Positions 1 to 12,467 of a DNA stretch of 64,000 bases are shown here, piece by piece. Numbering within the stretch: position 1 is the stretch's first letter; each line of letters opens with the position of its first letter. Made by a program: the position numbers and the translations under genes. Under the pieces are notes generated by a model. The model had not been told where the DNA came from, searched no databases, and worked only from the letters and a program-made list of their open reading frames with translations. Origin of the DNA: Felis catus (lineage: Eukaryota); assembly GCF_018350175.1 (NCBI RefSeq), contig NW_025408510.1:124001-188000 (forward strand), read 5' to 3'.

Positions 1-1722
1 CGAATGTCCTCATTATCAGCTCTCAGATGGGCTCAGGAGGCAGATGTACATGCAGGAAAGAGCACATTCTTAAGGGGATCAGCTGAACTACACACGAGAG
101 GAGGCATATTCCGGGGCGGAAACAGAAGCTCGGATCTGGCCTCAGGGGGAAAGAAATGAATCCATTGACAAAACCGAAAGATAAAAAAAAATCCACTTTG
201 GGAAAGATTCAGTGGTGAGAAAGACTTTCACCTGTTTTTCGTGAAATTCACACATCTCCTGAACGTTTTGTAATGGAAACTTGTATTTACCTCCAGTAAT
301 TTCCGAACATAACCGCAAAGTTCACGGGTCTGTGTTTTATCGAACTCTCATCAATCGTATGGTTAAAAAACTTGTGTCTACCGCATATCCTGAATTAACC
401 CAAAACAGAAGCGGCGAGGACAGGCCGGCAGGATTCAGGGGCTCCTGCCGGGCGCAGGGCCGTGGGGTACGGAGTACACATGTGCCCTGCAGTCGGGGGG
501 CCCAGGGAGGAGGAAGAGCCCACAGGACACACCCGCAGGCTAGGCAATGGACAGTCCCTCCAGGCTCGGGCTTCCTCATCTCTAAGCCACACCTGCTGGC
601 ACCTCTTTCCTTGGGAGCAGGCAACAGAAAGCACGACCACCACACCTCACACGCAGCAACGGCCATCACTTGGAAAAGACCCTGGCCACCCCACAAGAAG
701 GGATCGGCACCCAAGTATTTTTCAAGCAAAGCAGCTTAAAAGTGTCCTTGGAATTGTCTCAGTTATAATAGAATCCTTATCTCAACACCTGTCCCTCCAA
801 ACTACCATACAGTCCTAAAGGCAATGAGGTGCTTCTCTAAGTAGGTGAGGTCGAATTCTCGGCCCAAGAGGCTAGCGTCTGGTTGTGCTCACGTGTGTGC
901 ACGTGTCATGGCAGGCTGGGGTCGGCCAACACGAGCCGTCACGCTGGCATCAGAAGCTTCACTCCGCGGAAACTCATGTTTTATTCTCTGACCCTGAGGG
1001 CCAAGCACACGAGTTTCTGGTGTAAGTTAAGGGTGAGTGTTTTGAGTTTTCTGGTGAAAACAAAACCTGATGGCCTTGGATGGACGTCCCAAGTTGGGGA
1101 GGCTGCTGCCTGCTCTGTCTCCTGGGTGTTTCATGTTGACGTCCGACCAGCTCCCGCAGGGAAAAATCTCAGGGGATTCAAGGGACACGGGCCTCCCTTT
1201 CGTCAAGGCTCGATGACGCTATTCCTCTTCTTAGGAACATCTACCCCGACCTGTGCCTTTACATCTCAAGTAGAAAGTAGGATGTGGGGACCAAGGTCAG
1301 GCCCGTGACCTGATTTCAGGACCTCAGTGTCATGTCCTAAGGAAGGAGACCCCTCCTCTAGGCTGCCCTACCCCAGGCCAGTACCTCCGCTTTGGCCAAG
1401 GGACACCCACGAGGTCCCGCGTCAACCGTGAGGAGCTGCTAATGAGCTGGTGGGCACGGTGGGCTGTGCGGGTGCCTCCACCCCTAGGCGGCACTGCCTA
1501 CGGGGCCCCAGCGTCCAGAGAACATTGTCCATATGCTAGGAGTGTTCACTAGCATCCAACTCGCACAAGAGTGCACTGTACCCCTGATGGGATCGAGAAG
1601 GGGCCTGGCGTCCACGTGGGGAGAAGTGGGAAACAAGGCACCGCTCCCTACCCCGACACCCCCAGCCTGCGCCTCATCCTCAACCACTGCCAGGTGCGCG
1701 GCTGCTCCGCCCGGACACGTAC

Positions 1723-1806
1723 CCGCTGCAGTTCTTGGTTCTTTTCCTCCAGCTGGGCCTCCATCTGGCGCAGCCTTTCCTCGATGTTGCCACGCCTCTG
1801 CTCGGC
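1723..1806 (-). CDS. PPFIA1: PPFIA1-like exon 10 equivalent ([28 protein letters not shown]), left copy only
   Basis: 84 nt, cacag acceptor, gtacgt donor; translated by hand. Confidence 0.92.
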
Positions 1807-4233
1807 CTGTGGGCGACAGTGGGGTCAGAAGAGCTGGCTGCCCCACACCACACGCTGTGCCTATGCACGACATGCTGTGAGAGGCCTTCCGCCTGCTCAC
1901 AGTCCCTACCGGCCTCATGCGTGCCAGTGGGAAGCAGTGGGCTTCCATGCTGGTGACCGGGGGTAGGCAATGGTCTCGTCCCCACCCCGGGTCCCGGATC
2001 CTTGGACGGTGCCTCGTCCCCCGGCAGACACCCCTGTCCACTCAGCACGGACAGGAGGAAGCAGCAAGCGGAAAGAGCAAACAGGCGTGCTGCCTTCCTA
2101 ACCTGGGAAGTTACTTCCAACAATTTAGCTTCCTCAGCAGCACAGTGTCCAAAGACAAAGGGTCGGGCTACACGGCTGACCAGGGACAGGAGAGAGGACA
2201 GGTGAGAAAAGAAACGGAGACTTGACATGCAGATCACAAAGGAGGAGAGACTCTGTTGGAGCCTGGGCCTGTGGGCGCCCAATGCCGCCTGCCCGACTTG
2301 ATGGCAGCCTTGAGGGTCATTATCCCATGACGAACCCACCCCCCTTCCCACTGGGACCCTCACTGCACTGGAACCGGTGACACAGAAGCACCGACAGGCT
2401 CCCTGCTACAGGTTCCCTCAGCCCAGGTTCCGGAAGGATGGACTGGCTGCCCAGTCATGTGCTCCCTCGTCCTGTGTGCATCACTCGATCCCAGCACCGA
2501 CTACATTATGTCTGGAAACTACCTCTTCAACTGCTGCCTTCGTCCGTGGGTGGTGAGGGCTGTGAGAACTGGGAGGGCAGGGACTGTGTCTGGCATGTTC
2601 CTCGACTCTATTTGTGGAACCTCCGAGTGAATTCCTTAAAGATTTATTTCTTACAGCGGTGTCTGGGTGGCTCAGTCGGTCGGGTTCTGACTCTTGGCTT
2701 CAGCTCAGGTCATGAACTCAAGGTTTGGGCGTTCGAGCCCTGTGTCAGGCTCTGTGCCGATAGCATGGAGCCTACTTGGCATTCTATCTCCTTCTTTCTG
2801 CCCCTCCCCTGCTCATGTATGTGCCCAGGCTCGCCCTCTCTGTCTGTGTCAAATAAATGAACATTTAAGAATTTTTTAAATAAAAACGATTGTGTTTAAA
2901 AGAGGATAGGATTTTCTCATTTCTCAGAAAAATTCTATGCTTTTTGTTTTTTTTTTTTTCCTTCGGTAAGCTCTACACCCAACGGGGAGCTCAGACTCAT
3001 GACCCTGAGATCAAGAGTCCCAAGCTCCACTGACTGAGCCAGCCAGGCACCCCTGTCCTTCTCTTGCCCAAGGCTACTATCTTGAGCTTTGAGTCGCTGA
3101 CTTAACTCTGAAAAGCAGTGAGTCTTAGATGCAGCCAACGGCAAACAGCACACGTCGGACAAAACCGGAGGGAACAAAACTGGGGATGATGCCTGCCGTT
3201 TGAAAAGCATTCCAATCTCAGACAAAGTAGCCCCGAAAACAGATCTCAGCTGGTTCGCGGACTTTGGCACGCCGACGTTACCGGTGAGAAATGAGATACG
3301 AGAACGGACCGCCTTGAAAATGACATTCCCACCATGGGACCCAGAAGGAAACGGGGGCCCCACCTTGCAGAGGGTGGCCACCCTCTGGGCCGGCTCGGCT
3401 TCCACCTCGGGCAGCGACTTGGCCTTCCTCGGGGTCTGCTGCAGCTTCCGCTCCGCCACCTCCAGGCGCTCTTGCAACTGGCGGTTTTGATCCGCAGTCT
3501 AGGAAATGAAGGCAAAGCATCAAAGTGTAGCAAGTCTTCTCTCCGTTTCCATTTTTAATAAAGTGAAACAAAATCTAAATGCAGAGATCTACTGTTAGTT
3601 CTGACGGAAGCCAACAGTTTGGTAGGTGCTTCAGAGTGAACCTTTCCTTTCTGCAAGGAGTCACCCACTGCCTTGGTCCTCCTTTCACTACGCAAAACAT
3701 GTCTTGCCAAACTCTTTGCTCTTCTTCAGTATCTTCAAAGAAGTCTTTCCAAAGACAAAGTTCCCACACAGTAAAGAAAACCCATCTTCTGGAGGAGCTT
3801 GCTCGCTCTTCCTGACCAGTTAAGGAGAGAAGGGTTCGGTCCTAACCCTTCGTAAACATATTTATACTGGGGTCCGAGGGCTCGCTACATAGGACATTCT
3901 GAGGTGGGCACATCAGCCAGCACAGAGCTTCTGAGAGCATGCCTGATGCCAGTTGAGTTCTTTTTGGAAGTGTACCATTATTCAACAAAAACACTCTCCC
4001 TCTTGACCAAAAACGTGGAAAACTTCAACGTGGAAAACTTAGACACGAGATTTTTTGTTAAAGGACTTTTAGGGAAGCCGAGGTGGCTCAGTCGGTTAAG
4101 CGTCCACCTTCGGCTCAGGTCATGATCTCATAGCTCACGGGGTCAACCCCGCCTCGTGCTCTCTGCTGACAGCTCAGAGCCTGGAGCCTGCTTTGGATTC
4201 TGTGTCTCCCTCTCTTGCCCTCCACTGCTCATG

Positions 4234-4275
<42 letters not shown>

Positions 4276-7200
4276 GGCTCCCTTTCTCAAAACTAAATAA
4301 GCGTTAAAATTATATAAAGTCATTTTAAAAATCATGTAAAAGGTGAGGTTTTTGCAAGGTTAACATGTGTTGCCACAGACTCCTTCCATCTTCTGTGTGC
4401 ATATGGCTCTGTGTGTATATACAGACCGCGTATCATGCTTTAAAACCCTCCAAAATAAATCACATGCTGTACACATAGTATTTCACGATCTGCCCTATAC
4501 ATTCATGACTTGGAACATGTTACGTGCTCTCAAACAGCATTCCTCCATGTCATTTTAATGGCTTCCTAGTATTTCACTTTGATTATCATTTTGGGTCGAC
4601 TGACACATTTGACAAACACACCAGGCAAACTCACTCTGTTTCCAAGAAGCTGGATGTGGTTTTCCTGTTCAATGCCGGATGACCTGAGACAACCAAGGAA
4701 GAGACGTGCTGCTTCCCAAAACACAGGGTCTCACAGCCTCACGCCAGACTGTGCTTCTGCACCTGCCATTCCCCCCGATCTCAGGTACTAACCAAAATGG
4801 CCAGCTGCCTACACATTCCCGGCCACTCCCTGCTCCTTTGGAAACAGTGCTAACAGGCAACAGAGTAACGTGCATGTAAGACAAGACAAAGAAGGAATCA
4901 AGGAGGGGAGCCCCATAACATGCTTCCATAAAATTCGAAAGAATTAAACCCTGGACGATGAAGTAACCCCGCTGGTCAACACAAGATTCTAAGATCCTAA
5001 AACCTTGACATTGACACTTGGTCCTTAACTTGACTTGTAATTAATAAAAGTGGAATGAAGTTCAACGAAACCAACGACCTGTCGATGCAGAGAGTCCTTC
5101 TTTGCGATCTCGTTTTCAAGTTTATCCTTGAGGTCGTGCAGAGAGGTGGCTTTGTGCTGTGCCCTGAGGCAGCGCTTCTCAAGGGTAGTGATCCTGTCTT
5201 GCATGTCTTCCTTCTGGGCCATGGCCTACAGCAGGTATTTCAGAGGGAAAACAGGGAAAGAGTTAGCGTACGACACATTAAGACACTCCAGACACAAAAA
5301 CCGGGCGAAATCCTCATTTTCCAAACAAACAGAAAAGTAGCATCCTCGGGGCACCTGGGTGGCTCAGCCGGTGCCGCTCTGTGAGTTGGCGCCCCGCGTC
5401 AGGCTCTGTGCCGACAGTGCGGAGGCTGCTCGGGATTCTGACCAGTTACCCAGGCTTATTCTTTCCCATGTGTTCAAAGACAAACGGATAATAAAGTCTC
5501 CCGGAAGTCACAACCTCGGTTGCCTCTGGACATCATTGAGCTTTCCACGGAACGGCGACTTGCCTCTGGAGGCACACACCATGAGACAACCATCCTTTTT
5601 CCCGGGGAAAAGGTGGATGAAATCTCATCCAATTACCACAAAGTTGAAGCAGCAGTGTTAACAAATGGAAGCCAAACTCCACCTTTCATATAACTGGAAG
5701 TCATCTTCTGTACCCTCACCCTGTAACAACATTGTATCCCATGGTGTCTGACACTGCAAATGGAACCAGAAGGTCCTGCCCTGCGTTTCTTGTCCAACAC
5801 CGGAAAGATTCCTCTTCCAGTCCTCCGTGTTTACTAAGCAATGTATGTCAGCAGTCTCAAGAGTGAAAGTGATGAGTCCTAAGAAATGATTTTCTAAATT
5901 CTCTGCATATTGAACTCTGCTGAGGGGTCTCTCCCCACCTTTGCCAAACAACAGGTTATAGAATTTCTGCAAATACTTTTGTTTTAAATTCTGACACGAT
6001 CTCACCCACACTGAGGTACTAAACAGACTGCTCGTGCACTTACACCCTCGAGGGTCTGACAGGGTCTTCCCGAGGTGGCATTGCCGGGCTGGGGGTGGGG
6101 TGTGCGGGGACTGTCCGCAAAGGGCAGCTCACAGTGACAGGAGGAGGCACAGAGAAACCATCCTACCCTTACTAGTTTCTGTGACAATGATCAGATTCCC
6201 ATCGACGACCACACGTGCAGAAGCGGCCGCACTCCTCCATGACCTTACACCAGGACCGGCGGGCTGCCCCTCGCTCACTCTGACCGCCACGACCAGAAGC
6301 ACGGAACCCTGGGAGGAGGGCAGGGCAGCAGAGCCGCCCTCACAAGGTCGTGCCCCCGGAAACGACCTGGCAGCACCACGCTGGTTCCTACGTGCCGAGT
6401 GTGTTCCCAAAACGGACCGAGAGCACGGCATGGGCCAAGCTCAGGTGGCCCACACTCCACACCCGAGGCCACTCCGCCGCCTGCCCGCCAGGCCTCGGCA
6501 GGGGAGAGCCCAGGGAGGACAGATTCCACCACGCAGACGGGGAGGCAGCCCGCCCGGGCCCCAGAATCACGTCCCGTTCTGCTGCTACTTCTACCAAACT
6601 CCAAACGTTCAAAACCCGTGGGAGACGAAGGCACACTGGGCAAGGCCGAACCAAACACCCCACGTTTAGCTCGACGACGGCGTGGCCATCTCAAATGACA
6701 CTCACTTCACGGACATCTCTTTGTAATATGGTGTTCATTGCTTCAGAAAGGATGAGGTCTTTCCTTGAGATGTCTAGGTCCTCTTCCAGCTTGGCCATGA
6801 GAGTGCACAGGGTAGCCAGGAGCTCTTTCATCTGGCTCTGCACCTTTGAAACTCAGAAAGGGAAGCAACATGTGAGGGCCCCCACTGCTAGTCTTCATAT
6901 GTTGTTTTAAAAACAATGGATAAAAAGGAAACCCCCTCCAATCAAATCCTGGGATGATGTCTGGAGCTTGAACTCTGCGTGTGGCCCCTAATTCTTCTTC
7001 TACGAAACTACACCCCTCCAGTGCCACACGTAGCTGCTCTCTCACCTGGAAACCAAGGGATTGAGTTTGTACACAGAGGTGTTTCATTAGTCCTTACTCT
7101 ACAGTGACCCTAAGATCCCCTTCGCCGCAAATAACATGACAGAATGCTGGTAAGGTTTTTCACGGATGCTCCGGTTCACAAACTTGCTTGTTAACCGCTT

Positions 7201-7970
7201 TCAATTTTACATTGGAGACAAATCTTCCCCGAAATAAATTACATTATGCAATTTGTACTAGCCAATCGATACCCACAACATTTCCACCAACTACTGCTTT
7301 TTAACCATACAGACCTGTCTTCTTACAAGAATTGAAGAAGATGAAAAGGAAACTCCAGTCACACAAACACACAAAGTGTGCCTAGAACACACAGCATGTG
7401 CACAAACTGAGAACCGCCGTGGCTAGGCACACCGTTTCAGCCTCGGTTTTGTCCTTCTCCAATATGGAGTTGAGGACCTTGAGCACCTCCGCCTCACTGG
7501 ACACGCCGGCCGGAGTCTTCACCTGTCGCCCGATGATGGTTTTTTGAAGAGCTCTCTCGTGCCTGGAGACGAGGAACTCCAAATGTTCCAGCAGCAGCTG
7601 GCGGGAGAGGCAAAAGGAACACCGTGTTTCAAGAACACCTTCAATTCCGGGCCTCAAGTTCACCAAATGCAAAACCAAGTCTGAATCCCTTCAATTCAGT
7701 TCCCAGGTAGGGAGCCACCCCCTCGAATGTGTTAAAATAGCCTTACTCCTCCTCACGGATCAAAGAAGGTTTGAGAAAAATAGGTCCCAGCCAACTCCAT
7801 GGGGACATGTGGACAAGGGGAGTGAATGGTGTCCTGTGTTTAAAGACACTGGCAGTGCGCCTACTGACCCTGGTGTTGTTTCTCTCCGCCTTCAGGTTGG
7901 CGATCTCCTCCTCCCTCTGCATGAGCTGCTCCCTGCAGGTGTGGAGCTCTGCAGCGAGAGCTGCACACTC
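1723..7970 (-). CDS. PPFIA1: Liprin-alpha-1-like partial duplicate, left copy (7 coding exons, open spliced frame, continues off window start)
   Basis: Exons 7869-7970, 7433-7597, 6974-7045, 6706-6843, 5079-5225, 3364-3498, 1723-1806, all AG/GT flanked and phase 0, no stop in 281 codons. Peptides such as [33 protein letters not shown] and [23 protein letters not shown] are liprin-alpha-1 coiled-coil sequence. Too diverged to be the orthologue itself. Confidence 0.85.
2656..2885 (+). mobile_element. CanSINE (mirror 56848-57077 -)
   Basis: gggtggctcagtcggt head, CT-rich tract, A tail. Confidence 0.9.
2940..3053 (-). mobile_element. Short CanSINE (mirror ~56681-56793 +)
   Basis: ggggtgcctggctggctcagtc...ttgggtgtagagcttac + A tail. 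Confidence 0.85.
3364..3498 (-). CDS. PPFIA1: PPFIA1-like exon 9 equivalent ([21 protein letters not shown]...ATLCK)
   Basis: 135 nt, cctag acceptor, gtgggg donor. Confidence 0.92.
4071..4310 (+). mobile_element. CanSINE, felid SINEC_Fc type (mirror ~55425-55664 -)
   Basis: ggtggctcagtcggttaagcgtcc...ctgacagctcagagcctggagcctgc, (CT)n. Confidence 0.92.
5079..5225 (-). CDS. PPFIA1: PPFIA1-like exon 8 equivalent ([18 protein letters not shown]...DSLHRQ)
   Basis: 147 nt, tag acceptor, gt donor. Confidence 0.92.
5347..5440 (+). mobile_element. Internally deleted CanSINE fragment (mirror ~54297-54390 -)
   Basis: ggggcacctgggtggctcag head joined to caggctctgtgccgacagtgcggag. Confidence 0.75.
6706..6843 (-). 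CDS. PPFIA1: PPFIA1-like 3' part of exon 7 ([12 protein letters not shown]...LQRDVRE)
   Basis: 138 nt, putative new acceptor tttcaaag, strong gtgagt donor. Confidence 0.85.
6974..7045 (-). CDS. PPFIA1: PPFIA1-like exon 5 equivalent ([24 protein letters not shown])
   Basis: 72 nt, ttccag acceptor. Donor is a weak gttcaa, so the 3' boundary is less certain. Confidence 0.8.
7433..7597 (-). CDS. PPFIA1: PPFIA1-like exon 4 equivalent ([19 protein letters not shown]...KTEAET)
   Basis: 165 nt, cag acceptor, gtgtgc donor. Confidence 0.92.
7869..7970 (-). CDS. PPFIA1: PPFIA1-like exon 3 equivalent ([34 protein letters not shown])
   Basis: 102 nt, cag acceptor, gtcagt donor. Confidence 0.92.
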
Positions 7971-8574
7971 CTGGGGTCGGAGAGGGGACAAAAGTGGAGA
8001 GACACAGGGGGTCTTTACCAGAGCACACCAGGCCTCCGTGGCCCTCCAGAGTCCCAGCACCCACCACCCTCAAGTAGCATCACACACACCAGTCCCCTCC
8101 TCACCACCCACAGGAGTTCCGGGGATTCTCGGAGGGACCGACACTCAAGGGGACAGACATTTTCAGGTGCCTGGCAGGTCTAGGACTCAGGAACTCTGCT
8201 GACTCGGGAGCAACAGGCCGAGAAGCCTCCTGCCCATCCGCAGCCTCTGGCCTCATCTGGCAAGCAGGCTTGTGGAGCGGCAGTGGGGAAAGGCTGACGG
8301 TACTCAAAAGCTGCTGTTTTAGCCTGAACCCCTGGCTCAATCAGACTCAACCATACCCAATGGACTGTTCAAAAATGATGGTAGGACTCTTGACGAAAGG
8401 GCGAGTTTACGACTTCTTTCCTTAGTCAAGCAGGAAATATTATGGAGGAAGGGTTTCTGAGGAGAGTGATGCCAGGGCCCACCACCCCGCGTGGGGTTTC
8501 TCTCCCACAATACTGAGCGCCCGCCCAGGACATGGCGTACAGGTGGGCTCCAAGGAGGTGGACGCACTCTCTCC

Positions 8575-8687
8575 AGTCAGTCGAGCGCAGAGCCCGGTGC
8601 AGGGCTCAATCCCTGAACCATGACATCATGACCTGAGCTGAAACCAAGAGTCAGACTCTTAACGCCCTGAGACACCCAGGCGCCCCC
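8575..8687 (-). mobile_element. CanSINE head (mirror 51025-51137 +)
   Basis: gggggcgcctgggtgtctcag...cagctcaggtcatga. Confidence 0.85.
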
Positions 8688-8915
8688 GAGCTTTTGTCTC
8701 TGTAGGACAAACGAGGGGATAAACGTTCACTTAACAACTGACATTCCAAATAAAGAGAGTTGTTGATTTCAGCAATTCTCGAAAATCCAAGTACAAACTG
8801 GTGACATACTTCAATTTCTTTCAAAAATTAACCCTTTCCAAATCAACGGGAATGTTATCACAGAACTGACCACGTTCCTTGCAATCTGACTTGACAAGGT
8901 GAACCCACAGAAGCC

Positions 8916-11900
8916 TATCTGATCCTTGAGGTAGGACTGTGCAGGCCCATTTCTATGTGGGGATTTTTGTTCCAATAAATACATTGGAAACTTTTCTGGA
9001 GATGTGTGACGTTTGGAAAGACTGGCAGATGAGCTGAGCAGCTACGAAGTATCAAAACTAGTAAGTAAAAGGGAGGCCAGGAGTGCATGAAATGTACGCA
9101 GATACTAGGCTATTAGAGCATTTCCTCTCCGAAAACATACACAAACCTACTCTCACAAGATAAAACGTATCATTTTGCACACAGAAACTGACCGTACCTA
9201 CATGGTGCCATTTGCAGTGAAGAGAAAGGCAAACAAATGTGGAGACGCAGGATTAAGTCCTTACCGCATAACACGAGCTGTAGCAGACGCTGTCCTCTGG
9301 GGGAAGGGTGCACCACCTCCTGTTACTATTGAGGTCCCCTCAAGTGTTGCACGAATCCACGAATCTGCCACTCAGCTCTTGGTAAGCACTTCCTTTCTCC
9401 AGTAAATCAAGCACCACAGGAGAAGTGATTTCTCAGGGTTCCTGCGTCATTTTCACCGTGATAAGGGCAATACCATGAAACTTAACTACACCCCGGAACC
9501 TGTCTGAAGTGTCCCCAGGGATGCTGGACGTGCTCCCGCGATGCAGAGAAGACTCATGGTATGACAAGAAAAGGCTGAATGGCCTGACATGTACTGAGGT
9601 CCACAGCTGCAGCTGCCAGCCGGCCAGCGTGAGGACCATGGAGGCACAAGGAAAGGGAAATTCTCGAAGCTCTCGCTGCGGCTACCCCAGCACATGCAAA
9701 AACCTGGTGCTATTTGTGAGACATCTTTGTGTCTCGTGTGGAAGATGTGGCATCTCTGTGGATGTAGGACTGCTGTGAGACGGGCACACCTGCAGACTCA
9801 ACTCAAACTGCAAGACAAGTGAGGACCTGACATCACGACGTAAGGCAGAAGGAAGGGAAGGATCGAAAACTGGCACATTTCAATGCAGGCACAGGACAGC
9901 CTGGTGGTTTTAGAAAGGGGTTTGGCTTTGAAATGGTCCAGACGATAGGAGAAGCAGCTTCCACCACGAAGAAGAAGGACACAGTTTCCCAGACGCCCCA
10001 GACAAGATTGCAGAGAAGAAGGAACTACCATCCACCGCATGTCAACCACTCCAACACAAAAAGTGAAAACCCAAGAAAATCAGTTGAGGAGACCATGGCT
10101 GCCTGCACAGGTTTTTCATGCAGAAGGAGGTGCCCTGTCGGGGGGAAAATGCCACAAACGACATTTATTCATGAGAAAGACAAGTGAGCGCCAAGATGTT
10201 GGGTAGGAAGGGGTGCAGTAGCTACCGACTGAGCGGATACAGGCGGGGTGTGAGCAGGGCAGCTGGCCCTGTGTAGGAAGCTCACCCCAAGGTCCTGAAG
10301 GCAACAAGTCCCAGTGGCCAGTGGTCTGCTGCACAACCAGAGCCCTTGCCCTGGACCAGTTCCATCCCGGCTCTGTCCCTCAACTCAGGAAGTACGCTGA
10401 AAGCAAGGGACTGTCCTCCAAAGTTCTTCTGACATTGGACAATGTCCTGGCCAACCCAGAACCCCACGGGTCAGCACCAAACGTGTCTTGGCGGCTCACT
10501 CGCTCCGGAGCGCAGCGGGTCTAAGTCAGCCTGCGGACCAGGGGCCACGAGGACCTGTGAGGCTCATGACACAGGCACGTTACAAGAAGGACAGTCAATG
10601 CTACCAAAGAGAACCGCCACAGAGGGAACATTATGAAAGTCAGGAAGATGCCAAGGGACGTTACAAAAAACTCTGGGGAAACCATCAAGCCCAACACAAT
10701 CAAGAAATCCCTGCTAGAGATGACTGTCCATATGACGTGCGTGATTTCCAGGACCTATGACAAAGCCAATCAGGAAACTCGTGAATGAGACTCTGCATAT
10801 GGCAAAAGAAAAAAAAGAAAAAGAAAAAGAGTTGGGGGATGCAGGGATTCAAAATGCGTATCCTAACAAAGGTCACGAGCACAGAGAAAAGCCCAGAGGA
10901 GGTCACAGAAGAAGACAGTATAGAGAGGAGATCTGGCGAAGCAGACGGAGGGCGAGGAAGGCGGCATGGAAGTGGCATCGCTGGAAAGCACGCTGCCACC
11001 AGGAGTGATCCGGCACAGTCTCGGCTCCTTTCCCACATGGACCCTTCCATGACAAAAGCACTGGGACTAAAGGCAGCCAGCCGTCTACAGAAACATTGGC
11101 CAGGAACAGAAAGGCCCTTCTGGAAAGCTGCAAAGACAGTGCCCGCCTCCACCCCCATACCGCCAGGCCCAAGGCCCAAGACTTCCCCATCTAGCGGGTC
11201 CCCCCCCATGCAGGTCTGCACATCAGACATTTGTGAGGACCCACCCCCACTTTCCAGACAGCAAATCCTCACCAAGGTGCTCAGTGAATCACTTCACCTG
11301 CCATGCACACGTGTGTGCGTGAAAATCGAGGGAGCATGCAGCCAGGCCACCCGGGACGCATGTGTGTCACCACCACCTAAGCGTTCATCAGGAGTAACAT
11401 CGTGTGCGAGAATTGTGTGCACTTGGACAGCCTATCCTCACATGGGCATAAGGGGATAAGATCTCACATAAAACGAATAACGTGTCATTCCATAACATGG
11501 GTTTCAAAAAGTGACATTACCTTGTAGCATGCCTCTCTCTGTCCCTGCCTGGAGAAAATGCCTCTCAGCCTACTATCACAGGCCATTTTTGTAAGGTAAC
11601 AATGTGTCCAGACTGTATTAGGAATATGGCTGTAAAACTGCAGGCTAGAAAAGCTTTGTAACCATGCATTCACCCGTGTCTCTCCTAGGCCATGACGAAG
11701 CAATCGTACTGATTACACCAGGCCATCACGAAGCATTCACCCTTCATTGGTAACGCATGAATTGTGACATCCGTAAATACACAGGAATCTTTCCAATTCC
11801 TCCCATTTCTGATGCATAGTGCTAATGATACACGTAACAACAGCGTAGTGTGTCACCTGAGCCAGCACTGATGTGGGTTCTGATAGACAATTCCTTCTAG

Positions 11901-12180
11901 AAACAAACGGAGAAGAAACTTAGGGATCCATACAGCGCAGAGCTGTGAACCTATTTCCCTATGACGTTAAACTGTTTCTCTAGCTTACTTCACTCGAACA
12001 ATATAGTATATAACACATACAAGATACAGGTGCTAATGCACTGTTTGTGTTTCTACTAAGGTTTCTGGACAACAGGAGAGTTTGAACAGTTAAGTTTTCT
12101 GGGGATGCAAAAGTTATACATGGATTTTCAATTGTGGGCAGGGTGGAACCCCGAACACCAAGTTGTTCTACGATCAGCTC
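8916..12180 (+). mobile_element. Degenerate near-full-length Tigger2-like (TcMar) DNA transposon, interrupted at about 11260-11880
   Basis: Recognised left end (aataaatacattggaaacttttctggagat), transposase remnants (agaaaggggtttggc...ggagaagcagcttc; aaaatgccacaaacgacatttatt) and right end (aaaagttatacatggattttc...ttgttc); boundaries approximate. Confidence 0.8.
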
Positions 12181-12264
12181 TACTCATCCTTGGGGAAGAA
12201 GGAAGCAAGCACGACCATTGTCAACAACAGAAAAGAGTCAAATAGAAATAGATTTAACGTTTTA

Positions 12265-12467
12265 GTTTTTTAATGTCATTCTTTATTTCTTAGAGGCAGA
12301 GACAGAAAGCAGCAGGGGAGGAGCAGCGAGAGAGGGAGACAAGGAATTCAAACTAGACTCCAGGCTCTGGGCTGTCAGCACAGAGCCCGAATCGGGGGTT
12401 ACCTCTCCAACACAAAGATCATGACCCGAGGTGAAGTCGGTCACTTAACCGACTGAGCCACCCAGGA
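12265..12467 (-). mobile_element. CanSINE (mirror 47245-47447 +)
   Basis: cctgggtggctcagtcggttaag...ctgtgctgacagcccagagcctggag. Confidence 0.9.

Noticed and set aside
291-389. Possible cryptic minus-strand exon (ttcag|GATATGCGGTAG...GAG|gtaaat)
   Set aside because: No liprin similarity. It would stop after 3 codons in phase 0. Only the splice dinucleotides support it.
2960-3053. tRNA gene
   Set aside because: tRNA-derived SINE head with an A tail, not a complete tRNA.
4012-4041. Short tandem duplications (aacgtggaaaactt x2; also 13894-13920 and 21418-21437) as an array
   Set aside because: Two or three units without spacers; ordinary slippage. No CRISPR-like structure.
9500-11200. Active Tigger transposase
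   Set aside because: Multiple stops and frameshifts; fossil element.
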